A DNA stretch of 63,374 nt, counting the filler, from Reticulomyxa filosa (lineage: Eukaryota > Protista > Foraminifera): NCBI GenBank assembly GCA_000512085.1. It is 16 parts of 16 records of this genome, joined end to end, with 100 filler letters (N's around TTAATTAATTAA, not from the genome) between each part and the next. Parts side by side here need not be neighbours in the genome. Positions count along the whole stretch, not along the records: positions 39,563 to 40,632 come from ASPP01020242.1; positions 40,733 to 41,946 come from ASPP01016166.1; positions 42,047 to 44,462 come from ASPP01049929.1; positions 44,563 to 48,753 come from ASPP01017473.1; positions 48,854 to 49,955 come from ASPP01038785.1; positions 50,056 to 51,428 come from ASPP01036873.1; 10 more parts are not named here. One strand, written 5' to 3'. The notes under the pieces are model-generated. The model was not told where the DNA came from, ran no database searches, and was given only the letters and a program-made list of their open reading frames with translations. The first letter of the stretch is position 1. Every line of letters begins with the position of its first letter. The translations under genes were made by a program, and so were the position numbers. Shown here in pieces: positions 39,617-51,528 of the stretch.

Positions 39617-40274
39617 TCAGGGTCTCGTTGTTTTTTTTCCTCGAAACTGTTGATAAAAAATTTTTTGTTTCGTTGTAATGTTGGCTTTCACTACAATACA
39701 ACCGAAAAAATGAGGGGGACCAAGATAAGGACAAACCTTCATCTTCTTCTTCTTCTGGAATTTATGCGGTTCCAAACGTCGACGCCGATTGGAAAAAATG
39801 GACGCGAAATTTACAGAAATTTCGACATCAAACACAAACACCCCAAGAAAATGTTTGCAGTTTGACATGCACTTATTATTTTCTCATATGTTTCTTCTGA
39901 TTGTAAAAAAAAACACAGAATAAATATTACCTGACACTGCTGGTGACGTTCCGATACCTATCAGGTGTGCGCCTTGTTCCATCGTTGACAGCAAGCTATT
40001 GTATATTTATTGATAAATACACATTGTATTTTGTAATCTTGCAAAGACATCTTAAAAACACATGCTTCACTCACCAAATTGGAGAATATGGCATAGTTCC
40101 TGTTTGTTCCATCGCTTGTGTTTTCGTCTTTGTTTGACATGGAATGGAAAAACTCGAAGCCATTCGAGTGTATGTGTTGAATTGACCACCGAATCCCGAA
40201 AAAGAGTTGTTCATCGACGACATGCGACGACCCAACCCACGAAAACTTGCACCAATCCTACTTTGCATGATCAC
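39617..40274 (-). CDS. Small basic mitochondrial protein, possibly mS38/COX24-like (multi-exon)
   Basis: Presequence-like start (MQSRIGASFRGLGRRMSS), GT-AG introns, and C-terminal SIFSNRRRRLEPHKFQKKKKMK resembling the RRR..xHK..K..K motif. The family call is weak. Confidence 0.4.
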
Positions 40275-41536
40275 TTATTCCTTTATTCCGCAATGTATGA
40301 TATTTGAATGTGCCCTCAAATTTTGTAAAAAAAGAAGTAACAGTTTGGGGACGTCGACATTAATATTGCACAAAAATCACCATATTTTTCAAGAAGACGT
40401 TAAAAAAGCAAAAATGCCGTTGGTATTCCAAAATATACAAAGCTCTTATATTTTAATCGTAGCTTGTTTTATGTTACAATTTTTTACTGTTTTGATTTGA
40501 ACTTTTTTAATTCTTTTGACAGTTTAGTTTTAGGTAAATTTTGTGAAATGCACTCTTTTTTAACTTTTGTATTTTCCCATAAGCAGAAGATTATTTTGTT
40601 TGATCACATTAATGTGCATATCTTTTATCTTTNNNNNNNNNNNNNNNNNNNNNNNNNNNNNNNNNNNNNNNNNNNNTTAATTAATTAANNNNNNNNNNNN
40701 NNNNNNNNNNNNNNNNNNNNNNNNNNNNNNNNCAATAACGACCACAATAACCAAAGTAACAATATTAATAATGATAATAGTAATAATAATAATAATGAGA
40801 ATGAGAATGAGAATGAGAATGGTGATAATCACAATAATAATAATGATAATCGTATACAAATGGCTCATGTCGATCACATGCAAGATAATATTCCATCGCT
40901 TATCCGGGAAAATGGACTCTATGTCGCTCATCCGACAAATGAAATTTTTATGAGCACTTGAATTCCAAAACAAAGTAGAAACTAAAGCACCATCGATGTT
41001 GGATTTTAGCTTTCATTGATGTGTACAACTATTTTTTAAAAAAATAATAAAAAATAAAAAGAATGGGTTATTTTAGCTTTCCTCTCAAACACATTCACCA
41101 CTTTTCAATGCAAATCCACTGTACAAAATCGCATTATATTTGGTTGTATGTGTAAGGGACTCAGTGGGTCACTGGTCATTCGTTTAAAAAAAAATTAATT
41201 AAATAAATACAAAGGATACCAAAACACAAAGCAGTTCCAATTAGTTCAACGTTTAACTTCATTTTTGAACCTTTTTATGAACAACACTTCATTAACACGA
41301 AGGGATTGTCATCTCGGCAATTAGAAATGTAAAAGTCAGTTTAAGGCCTATAAAAATCATAATGATGTACTACTTCTTATTAAAAAGGTCTTTTGATAAA
41401 CATTTCTAAACTGAACCAAGTATTATAATAAACACGTTACGTTGAATACTGCATTTTTTAAGTTTTTGTTCTTTTTTTCTGGCTCCTAAAAAAAAGAGCT
41501 GAACTTTTCCTCTCCCTTTCATTTGAATAACGGGGC

Positions 41537-41819
41537 ATGACGACACATCCAAAAACTTTTCGACAGGTTGAGATAGAAGAAGGAAACAAAAATAACACCT
41601 AAAATAAAAACATCAATAATGAACATACCGACAACAAATATGAATTGAACAGAAAGTGTATGCTCAATGCGTTGAACTTTTAGTAGAAGCAGAAAACAGA
41701 CTGCAAAAGCAGAGAAAAAGGAATGAGGAAGCAAGTGAGCTAACTCGACAGCAAGTCGAAGACATAATGAAAAAGCGCTACGACGATTATATGTACCGTG
41801 CTAAACAAAACCAACAAAA
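41537..41819 (+). CDS. Hypothetical coiled-coil protein, 5' exons
   Basis: MTTHPKTFRQ|KVYAQCVELLVEAENRLQKQRKRNEE..., joined by a GT-AG intron. Runs off the contig. Confidence 0.5.
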
Positions 41820-42046
41820 GTTAGTTATTATTTACCAAAAAAAAAGTGACGTGCATGGAGATAAAAAAAAAAAGAGGTCACAAATCATGCATGTACAAAA
41901 CAAGCAAGGGAATAAGAGAGAAGAGAATAGAGGAAGAAAAAAAAAANNNNNNNNNNNNNNNNNNNNNNNNNNNNNNNNNNNNNNNNNNNNTTAATTAATT
42001 AANNNNNNNNNNNNNNNNNNNNNNNNNNNNNNNNNNNNNNNNNNNN

Positions 42047-43500
42047 GAAGAAGGAGAAGAGGAAGAAGAAGAAGAGGAAGAAGACGAAGAAGAAGAGAAG
42101 AAATGGAGGAAATGGTTGAAAGAGAGGGACGAAAAAGATAAAAAAGAAATTGTTACAAACTTTGAGAAATTATCGGATGACAATTTCGAGATATGGTTAC
42201 TGAAGCAGAGTAAATGGAAAAATGATGTAACGAAAAAAAATATTCCTTCAATTTGTGATGCAATAGAAGCTTTTGTTATCTGTCATTCCACTGATAGAGT
42301 TCAGTTTTTCTCATTTTTTATTTTAATACAAACAAATTGTAGTTATTATTACATCCAATGCATGCCATTTGATGTGAATAGGATAATCAAGACAGCGACG
42401 AAGAGAAAGTTAATCATGTTCTCATTTTTGTCGTAATCTTTTTTTATCTAATTACAGTAACAAAAATATAAAAATAGTTGGCAGCATGCGTGATAGTGGA
42501 TGAAAAACCAACAAAGATAATAATGAGAAATTTGACCTTTGAAGAGCTTTTTCGTCAAATTTACAGCAATTTGGAATGGAAATATTTGCGAGAAATGAGT
42601 GATAAAGATCAAAAGCTTGAATTAGCTGATTCAAATGATGAAATTATTAGATCAGATGAAATGGTGAGAAGAGAGTTTGAAAATAATGAACCTTTATTTA
42701 AAGTACTCTGGAGTCCAATACGAATTGGAAAAATAAAAATAATAAAAAATGCATTGGTTATAATGATTGCCATTAGTGAGTATACTGATAATGTGGAGTG
42801 GAGAAATCTTTCAAATGTAAAAGATGTCGAGAATTTCAGACAATTATTTGAACAAAACTTGGGATATGAATTTGTATGCAATACGAATTTCAAGATGAAC
42901 AAAGAAGATGTTAAAGAATTTTTGATAGAATTAATAACTAGTCGCGGACTTGTCAAGAATAGACAGCGGTATGATGCATTGATACTGATAGTATCAGGAC
43001 ATGGGGGCGAAGGAGATGTATTGATAACAAGTGATGGAAAGAAAACTCCAATTGATAGTATTCGAACATTGTTTAACTGTGATCGAATGAGCTCGTTTCA
43101 AAACCTCCCTAAGATATTTTTCATCGATGTTTGTCGTGGCACAGCCAAGCCGAAAAAGAAAATAACATTACAAGAAGAGGCAAAGTGCACGATAGCGAAG
43201 TGTATGATAGCGAAGTGAGTGATAGCGAAGTGAGTGATAGCAAAGTGCAGGATAGCAAAGTGCACGATGGCGAAGGTTTTTTAATGGTGTGGTCAACAAC
43301 GAGGGGATATTCACTGAGTGACTTATCGATATTCAGCGAAAGCATAAAATGTATTATTGGTGAAAAATATCAAAACGAAACTTTACAACAAATGCTAAAT
43401 AAAATTCGAAATAATATTAAAAAAAAGATTTATGTTACTGCCTGGAAAAGAATGACACCACTGATTATGATATTATCTTTCAACAAAAAATAACTTTTAG
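42047..43500 (+). CDS. PB1-like + caspase-like cysteine protease (clan CD, C14) with an intact catalytic dyad; 5' partial; two -1 shifts in A-runs
   Basis: NALVIMIAISEY, YDALILIVSGHG (His) and LPKIFFIDVCRG (Cys), with a p10-like GFLMVWSTTRGY...SIFSESI and, in a shifted frame, CYCLEKNDTTDYDIIF. Upstream KLELADSNDEIIRSDEMV is PB1-like. Shifts lie at about 43155 and 43422. Confidence 0.85.
43182..43271 (+). repeat. 6 x 15-bp tandem repeat encoding KVHDS-EVYDS-EVSDS-EVSDS-KVQDS-KVHDG
   Basis: RAAGTGNNNGATRGC units start at 43182, 43197, 43212, 43227, 43242 and 43257. Confidence 0.95.
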
Positions 43501-44562
43501 ACAACTAAAGAAAAAACTTGCTTCAGTGGAATAAGGTAGCCTCGAGTTGTCTTTTTGCGTGTGTTTCTCAATGTTGGAAACATCCCACAGTTCAATCAAG
43601 TGAAATTACGAACATCTCTTACATTTTTTATATATCGCACCCATTTTTTCTTGTTTTGAATAAGTTAGCACATAGGGAAAAAATACAAGTCTGGAACATT
43701 CTCATCTTGTCCATTTTTATTATCAAAACACCCATTGTTGGCTAAAGTTAGACAAAGAGAATACGAAATATTTTTAATAATTTTTTTTTAATTCTTTTCG
43801 CTAGACGATTGCAAAATGTGATTGTTTTCAATATAAAACTAAGAAGATTTTATATGACAATCAACAATCGCTACAAAATGATTTCAGAGTAACTCCAATT
43901 TCAACAAAATTATTCAAATTTAAGTGCATTCACAATCAAATCGTATAACATAGGGAAGATGTATTATCTTCTGAATAAAATCGAAGGTCGATATATGACA
44001 GCACCTTTCTTAAACAATTTCAATATATTGTCTTAAAAAATTATTTCTAGCCGCACTTTTCTACAAATAATTTGTTAAGATGTTAATCCATTTGATATTC
44101 TCAGATTATTTATAACTGAATAAAATTTCTTCTTTGTAGTAATTCTTTTGGCGGGTGAAGTATAGAAAAAAGCTTGATCACACATTTTGGATATTTTTTG
44201 GGGAAAATGAGTATGGAGCAACATGTACTAAATGATGTCGTGCTAATACTAATAGCACTCATGCCGAAACTGGCAAGAAAAGGATTTTGACAGTTTCTCT
44301 TAACACGTATAGTGAAGGAAATCACAGCAAAGTAATCCATGCCTGAAGGCTGCCCTTTTCCTGACAACAACAATTTGATTGCCACAATTGCTTTCAATCA
44401 AGTGCATTATAGACACTAGCAACCAAGGAAAGTTTTGTGAACATTACCCAATACTTTAAACGNNNNNNNNNNNNNNNNNNNNNNNNNNNNNNNNNNNNNN
44501 NNNNNNTTAATTAATTAANNNNNNNNNNNNNNNNNNNNNNNNNNNNNNNNNNNNNNNNNNNN

Positions 44563-44598
<36 letters not shown>

Positions 44599-44651
44599 CA
44601 AACAAACACGTAAATGAAATAAATGAATGAACAAAAATCGGAAAAATGAAG

Positions 44652-46001
44652 ATACGGAGAGGCCGGATTAAAGGGATCATCGCAGTCGAGCATGGGCGAC
44701 ATATTCGATATGTTCTTTGGTGGACGAGGCGGCGGCGGTGGTGGTGGTGGCCGCGGCCGTGGCGGGGGCGACCGACAGAAGAAAGCTCCTCCGATCAAAT
44801 TGCCATTGGACGTGACGTTGGAGGATTTGTTTGTTGGTGCGACCAAAAACATGGACTTCAAGCGCTTTACGTTATGTCGCAAGTGCGAGGGCAAAGGGGG
44901 TTCCAAAGTCGTTGAGTGTAGTGAGTGCAATGGACAAGGGGTCGTCATTCAGATTCAACGCATGGGGTACATGACTTTGCAACAACAACGGCCTTGCACC
45001 AAGTGCGAGGGCGAAGGTACTACTATCAAAGAAAGTGACAAGTGTAAACAGTGCGATGGAAAAGGATTGAAAGAACAACATGAAACAGTTTTGTTTTTTT
45101 TTTTTTTTTTTTTGTTGAATAATAAAAATTTCCTCTCCTCCCCCTTTTTTTTTTTTGAGAAAAAAAAAAAAATTGATTTAAAGATTATGTTATGTACGCC
45201 TGTGTATGTGTATGTGTGGTGAAGCTTGATATACAAATTCCAGTTGGTTCGAAACATGCAGATCAGGTAATCATGCGCGGACGAGGTCATGAGATCCCGC
45301 AACAAGCTAATGGAGATGTAATAGTGATGATCCGATGCGCAAAACATGCAACGTTTACCCGAGTCGGCGCAGATTTAGCCATGAATTACACCTTGTCTTT
45401 GAAAGAGGCTTTGTGTGGGTATGACATTCGAGTCCGTCACTTGAGTGGAAAAATCCTTCGCATTAAATCAAAGCCGAAAGAAATTGTTCAACACGAAGAA
45501 ACCAAAATCATTTACAGCCAAGGTTAATCTCAAGTGATTTTTGTGACTTGTTTCAAAAAGAAAACGAAAGAAAAAAGGGGAGAGAACAAACAGACAAAAA
45601 GGTGTTGATATGTGGATATCAATTTCATAGGAATGCCACAAAAAGGAAACACTCACGTAAAGGGACATTTATACATCAAATTCAAAATTAAACTCCCTTC
45701 TCCTGACGCTTTTAATGACAAAGCTTTGGCAAAAATCAAAGAACTGCTTCCAGACGAAAAAAAAGAAAGCAAAAAAGACGACGCTGAAATGAAAGAAGCT
45801 AAAAAAAAACAGAAACCAGAAAAAAGCAAAGACAAAAAAGATACAGCCGAAGAAGAGGAAGAAGAAGATGATGAACCCGTTGAAGTTCATGTTGATGCAG
45901 AACCAGTGGAAGGAGAACCTGAAGTTACTCCTGCTTCAAGTAAATCTGCTTACGATGAAGATGAGGAAGAACAACAAGGCGTACAATGTCGGCACATGTA
46001 A
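44652..46001 (+). CDS. DNAJA: Type I DnaJ/Hsp40 (DNAJA/Ydj1-like), J domain off the contig; 3 exons
   Basis: YGEAGL...DIFDMFFGG G/F region, four CxxCxGxG motifs, GDVIV...H..F.RVGADL, LKEALCG, GMP..G...KGHLYIKF, and a terminal CAAX box CRHM*. Confidence 0.95.
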
Positions 46002-46717
46002 AACCACTTTATGAGCGCAAGATGAACCCTTGCCCAACACACTTAAATTAACAAACTTTTCTGTCTTTCGATTATTTGCTTTCTATTCTCCTCACAAGTT
46101 TGTGTTTTGAAGACCAAAAGACTTGGCGCTGAAAACCTCCTCAACAACTTTTTTAAATTTATTTCATATTGCAAAGTTTGTGTCGAGTTCAAACCAAAAC
46201 AAAAAAACATACAAACGTAAGAGCACTTTTTGGAGCGTCTCACAAACACACTCAAACAAATTCAATAATAGAAAGAAAAAAAAACAAAAAACGCAAAAAT
46301 AAATATGTCCGAACTGGGACATAAAACAGAGAATATTCAATACAAAAATTTTCCATCAGTATTTCATATTTTGTTGTCTTGCTTTATAAACGGAGGCAAA
46401 TTTTTGTGTCAGAAAAGGGACTGAAAAAACCACTCTTGGGCGTTTGAGTCAATAAATGTACACACAGAACCAAAATCAACACTCAACAAACAAGAGAGGC
46501 TTATCTACCCAACTATTAAAGAGCGAGGCATTCTATATATGTCACTATAAAGTACATGCGTTATATGGATTCGGGGTGACAAAAGCGGACAATACAACAC
46601 TTAATTCGTACATAGCAACAAATCCAAAAAAAGCCCAAAACCTCGTCCAGATGTTACCGTCATCACCAAAATATAACCACATATGAAAAAATGCTTTTTG
46701 TTTGTTGGTTAGCGGTA

Positions 46718-48363
46718 CTACAATATCTTTGAATATTTCAATTGAAGTAAATGCGCGTCGACCAATGAGCCATTCATTCTATTGATTAATACGTATAGTT
46801 TTTTTCCCATTCTCTCTAAAAAAAAAAAAGATACAAAACTATAATATAAGTAACAATAGCCAACAACATTGAGAGCGTGACGACTCCCAATAATGCCCAA
46901 TTTGCACTTTTTCCAATAATATTATCAGTCAGTAAGGAATGTCCAATCGACCACTTATCGCATAAATTTTCAATGACAAGGAGCATGAACAAGACAGCCC
47001 TTGCACACAGTTCACAGAAAAAGAGCATTTGCCAATGCAAGATAACTCGAGACAAACGAATCTCCTTACCCTCGCATTGAATAGTTTGTGTTGAGGATGA
47101 AGAAGAGACGAAATGTTTGTTATCTGTGAGATGCTCAACAGAATCAACATGTTGTAAATCGACGATATCTTTGGAATATTTATGACAGTTACAACAGTGA
47201 AATTTTTTGTTATGAAAAATGAGCAACAATGGTAATTTCTGCATAGCACACTTGTCAAACATTCGATGATACCAAATATCACTATCACGAGCAATGTGGG
47301 AGATGGATATGATCAACAGCATAATCCACCAGCCACGAGCAAAAGTTATTTGAAGGACCAACAAGATATCGATAAGTTCTTCCAAAAAGAATACTGGGAA
47401 CATGATGTACAAATAGCGAGTTGACGTTGTCGCCTGCATGGCACTCTGTTCCCACAGAATTCGAACGATCCAAAAGATTATTTTATTCACTGCAAATATC
47501 GTCCATATCAAAGCAGGACTTTTATTCCAAGAATTGATCGACATGAAATAGGCAGAGCCTAAATTGTCACATTACACATACATTTTTTTAAAAAAATGTG
47601 TTTATTTGAAAGAAACAAGCAAAAAAAAAAAAAAAAAAAACGTATACCTAAATAAGGTAACAATAAAGTCATGGAAACCAAAATGCTAGCAAAACCAACA
47701 TCATTGGTAAGTTGGAAATGCCCTTTGTCGTCGACCAAAAAAGTGGCATGATAAATGGTTTGATACGTCCACAAGAGCAAAGTGAAGAAAAAGATGACGT
47801 ATACGATTTGATCGATATTTTGTCGGACACTTGCTTGCGCAAAGAAAAGCAAAAGCAGCACAATCCAAAGCCACGTTCGCAGCCAATTGGCATTGGACGC
47901 TTCATGTCTTGCATGTGTAAAAAACGGGACAATGAGGATAAAGGCCAGAATGGCGAGAACGCACAGCTGATATGCGATTTCGCTGGTGCAAGTCGCCATT
48001 CCAACCCGTGCTGCGTCGATTGCAATAATGCAACTCAGAAGCGACAAACACGCCGTTCGATAGGTTTGCCACGGAGGACTGCCTGGATGTGAGCTACGAT
48101 AGAGCACCGCAAGTGTGCCAAGCAGCGACCCATAATAAAAAGGGGTCCACCCAACGCTATGCAACACGCGAGAGGTTAGATCGATAATAGGATAATGTAA
48201 TGGATGATGTGGTTGTCTCGCAAAATACCGCATCATCAACATCCAAATTACTAATTGCAGCAGAGTCATTCCTAATATCATTATCTGATGTCTCCAACGA
48301 GGCACTGGAGCAGGAAACTCGGGCTACAGATATATGTATAATGTATACATACTTTACGTATAC

Positions 48364-48394
<31 letters not shown>

Positions 48395-48753
48395 ATATGT
48401 ATATAAACTTGAGAGGGGGCCACAAGAGGTTCTGCCTTTTGAAGTTTTCTAAAATCTTGAGTGGATTGAAGTTGATTATAAGATTTGGATTTGGGCACAA
48501 TGATGCTTCCTCGTTTGATTTTTTCATAGTCGATTTCTTTTTCGGTTGGTGAAGCGTCAGCGGGGACAGGTACCACACCTTGTTGTTGCTGTTGCTGTTG
48601 CTGTTGTTGTGATTGTTGATGTTGTTGAGGGTGTGAGTGTTGATCGAAGAATGCATTGTCGGCAGCTTTGTGCGCTGGGCTTTGCATGGGTGATATGGGA
48701 GACATTCCAACGAATCCTTTTGCTTCTTCTTCCTCGTCCCCTTCTTCTTCTTC
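46718..48753 (-). CDS. Hypothetical multi-pass membrane protein with an N-terminal polyQ (about 4 exons)
   Basis: Consecutive minus-strand ORFs (48157-48705, 47559-48305, 46816-47544) with many hydrophobic helices, separated by AT-rich introns. No family recognised. Confidence 0.6.
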
Positions 48754-50055
48754 NNNNNNNNNNNNNNNNNNNNNNNNNNNNNNNNNNNNNNNNNNNNTTA
48801 ATTAATTAANNNNNNNNNNNNNNNNNNNNNNNNNNNNNNNNNNNNNNNNNNNNTAGTAGTTCTTTCTGATATCGCTTTAGCTCATCTGTCAATATATGAA
48901 CCATACGTGCTTCAATCGCTCATTTAATGCTTTCTTTCGTTTCCACAATTTTCGTCTTTTATGTTACAGAAGCGCGTGTTAGTAAATCTTTGTCGTTTGT
49001 TCTCGGAACACAAACATTACAAATAGCAAAATAAAAAAAAGTGAACTACATTCCCCATCGACAACTTTTTTTTTGAAAAAACTGGTTCATTTTTAAAAAT
49101 TAGCTCAAAAAAAATAAAAAATTACCCACAACTGCAAAAAATTGAGAATTTTTTGTACTAATGAATAATGTTCATTTTTCATTTTAGAAAAATAGTTGAC
49201 ATGCAATTTGACTGGTACTGATGAACATTCTTTTTTTACTTTTATCTTTTTCAAAAATATTCATAACAAAATGAAAAAAAAACAATGCAAAAGCATAAAC
49301 ACTAGCACATGGTCCAACAGCAAAAATCACAAAACAAATTTGGACAAAAAGTATTCATTCAAGCAGTAACAATAGAATTTAAATTTTTATTTTTAGAAAT
49401 TACGTACAAACACTAGTTTTTTAAAAACTGTATGCATATACGTACCCAACATTAATGAACAAACCAAAACCAAAAATTAAAGTTTTTCGGTTTGCATTTT
49501 AACGAAGCAATTTTTTTAAAAATCAGTAATAATTCACTTGAAAGAAGCCACTGACTTGATACTGGCAGTAAGATTGCAATGAGCAATTTAATCATTCTTC
49601 GATTGCTAATCAAAGCAGCAATGATTATCGAATATTTGCTTGTATCTTTCTTAATTTTTATCATACATGCATCATCCAATAAAATTACAATTTCTTTTTT
49701 CATTTTCTTTTTAAACCATAAATAATAATTTTTACATTCAACGTACTTATCATAATGATACACATCCAAACATTACAAAGACAAAAATAAAAAACTTGAA
49801 CTACACTAACATTTGTAACACGTTTTCTAAATTTTTTTAACGTAATTTTGATTTGATAAAATAGGCCAAAACCGAAACAACTAGATTATCAGTCGTTATT
49901 TAATAAGAAAAACATCATTTTATTTATTTGAAAAAAACTTGTCATTTTAAGAAACNNNNNNNNNNNNNNNNNNNNNNNNNNNNNNNNNNNNNNNNNNNNT
50001 TAATTAATTAANNNNNNNNNNNNNNNNNNNNNNNNNNNNNNNNNNNNNNNNNNNN

Positions 50056-50486
50056 AAATGATTTAAAATTGTGGTATAAAATATGATATTTGGATGAATT
50101 TGTTTGCTTTGCACAATTTGAATAATTTGAATGATTGAATTGGGATATTTTAATTCTGAACATCTTTTAATAGCTGCAGCATAGAGAGATGTATCTTGAG
50201 ATGAGCTTTCTTTGAGATATTGAAGAATCTCTTTATCAGATTCCATTTTTTGAATTAATGATCGTTCATGTCGTGATTCAGGGGAAGATTTTGTTTTTGA
50301 TAATGCACCCTGTTGTCCTTTTAGCTTTTTTATATATTGGGTCTTTTGATGCTGTTCATTCAACGCGGCTTGACGTAAGCTGTTTTGACTAAGTTGTCTG
50401 ATAAGAACGCAAGGAATGAGTTTCCAGTTTAGTCGTTTGTTTAGCTTTCCTTGTCTAACACCAGCTCTTCTGAGAGTTGTAATCAT
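50056..50486 (-). CDS. Pentatricopeptide-repeat (PPR) protein, N-terminal part, likely mitochondrial
   Basis: Basic presequence-like N-terminus, then DTSLYAAAIKRCSEL...IIQIVQSKQIHPNIIFYTTILNH, which fits the PPR consensus. Confidence 0.75.
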
Positions 50487-50874
50487 GTTTATTTTTTTAT
50501 TATCAATTTTGCTACTTGAACTTTGTGAACCCTTTGACTAAAAAAAGTTAATGATGAATTTCAAATTTAATGATTCAATTGGAATTTGTTGAATATGCTA
50601 TTTGTAAATACTATTTTTGGTGTTCCTTTGTAACAAATAAGTGGGCAATTTAAAAATTTTTTGTAATAATTTGCATTATTTTAAGCAACTAACATCTTTG
50701 CCCAAAAACATAATATATAACAAGAGATTTTTAATTTTAATGCCTGATATGATAGTAATTGATTGCTTTGTAATAGAATATCTACTTGAAGATAACCAAT
50801 TCAAGAAAAAGAAAAAGGAAGCAAAAAGACTTAACATCAAAATTTATTTTGAGATTTGATTTTCTTCTTTTTGG

Positions 50875-51125
50875 TTGGGATGTTTCATGAATTATCCAGG
50901 ACAAATAACTTTTCTTACAGTTCTCCCTTTCACGTAACTGCAAATATCATGTTTCCCAACAGAACATTTCTTGTTTACTAACTAGCAGTGCATCTTCTTG
51001 AAGTCAATTCCATTGCATTGTTTTACATAATAGACATTGCAGGCGTATTACTTTGCTTTGTTTATTCGAAGTTTCTACACAATCTTTGTTGTAAAAGCCT
51101 TCAAGAAACAAGGTTGTTAAGCTTT
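50875..51125 (-). pseudogene. Decayed TRAF-type RING/zinc-finger gene
   Basis: Minus-strand fragments read LEGFYNKDCVETSNKQSK...LQCLLCK, (NN)AMELT, CSVGKHDICSYVKGRTVRK and VICP, with deletions and stops. Confidence 0.55.
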
Positions 51126-51528
51126 CTTCTTTTTTTTCCTATTTGAAACATTAACATATTACCTAACTCTTTTTTTTTTTTATATGCAAGTGGAGTAAAA
51201 ACTTTTGTTGTAATTTCAACTCTTTTTTGAGGCAGTCGATAAAGTTTTGTTATTGACAAAGAGCAAAAGTGATGAAAAGATAAAATAATATACAAATATT
51301 TGAAAAACATTATAATCATATCTATGTCAAATGAATTGTCCTTATGGTAAATCAAACAATTTTATTACTTTATTTATCCCTCAAACACGAATTAAATCAT
51401 CAGTTATTTTTTCTTTCTTTTTCAAAGANNNNNNNNNNNNNNNNNNNNNNNNNNNNNNNNNNNNNNNNNNNNTTAATTAATTAANNNNNNNNNNNNNNNN
51501 NNNNNNNNNNNNNNNNNNNNNNNNNNNN

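Noticed and set aside
40733-40860. Poly-Ile and Met-Arg ORFs from (ATA)n and (ATGAGA)n
   Set aside because: This is a simple-sequence tract at a contig end with no evidence for coding.
43182-43271. CRISPR-like array (also considered for the 126-nt and 114-nt repeats)
   Set aside because: The units are contiguous, in-frame coding repeats without unique spacers. There are no cas genes and the context is eukaryotic.
1023-46001. Functional link between prenylcysteine oxidase and the CAAX-bearing DnaJ
   Set aside because: They lie on different contigs, so co-occurrence is a product of concatenation.
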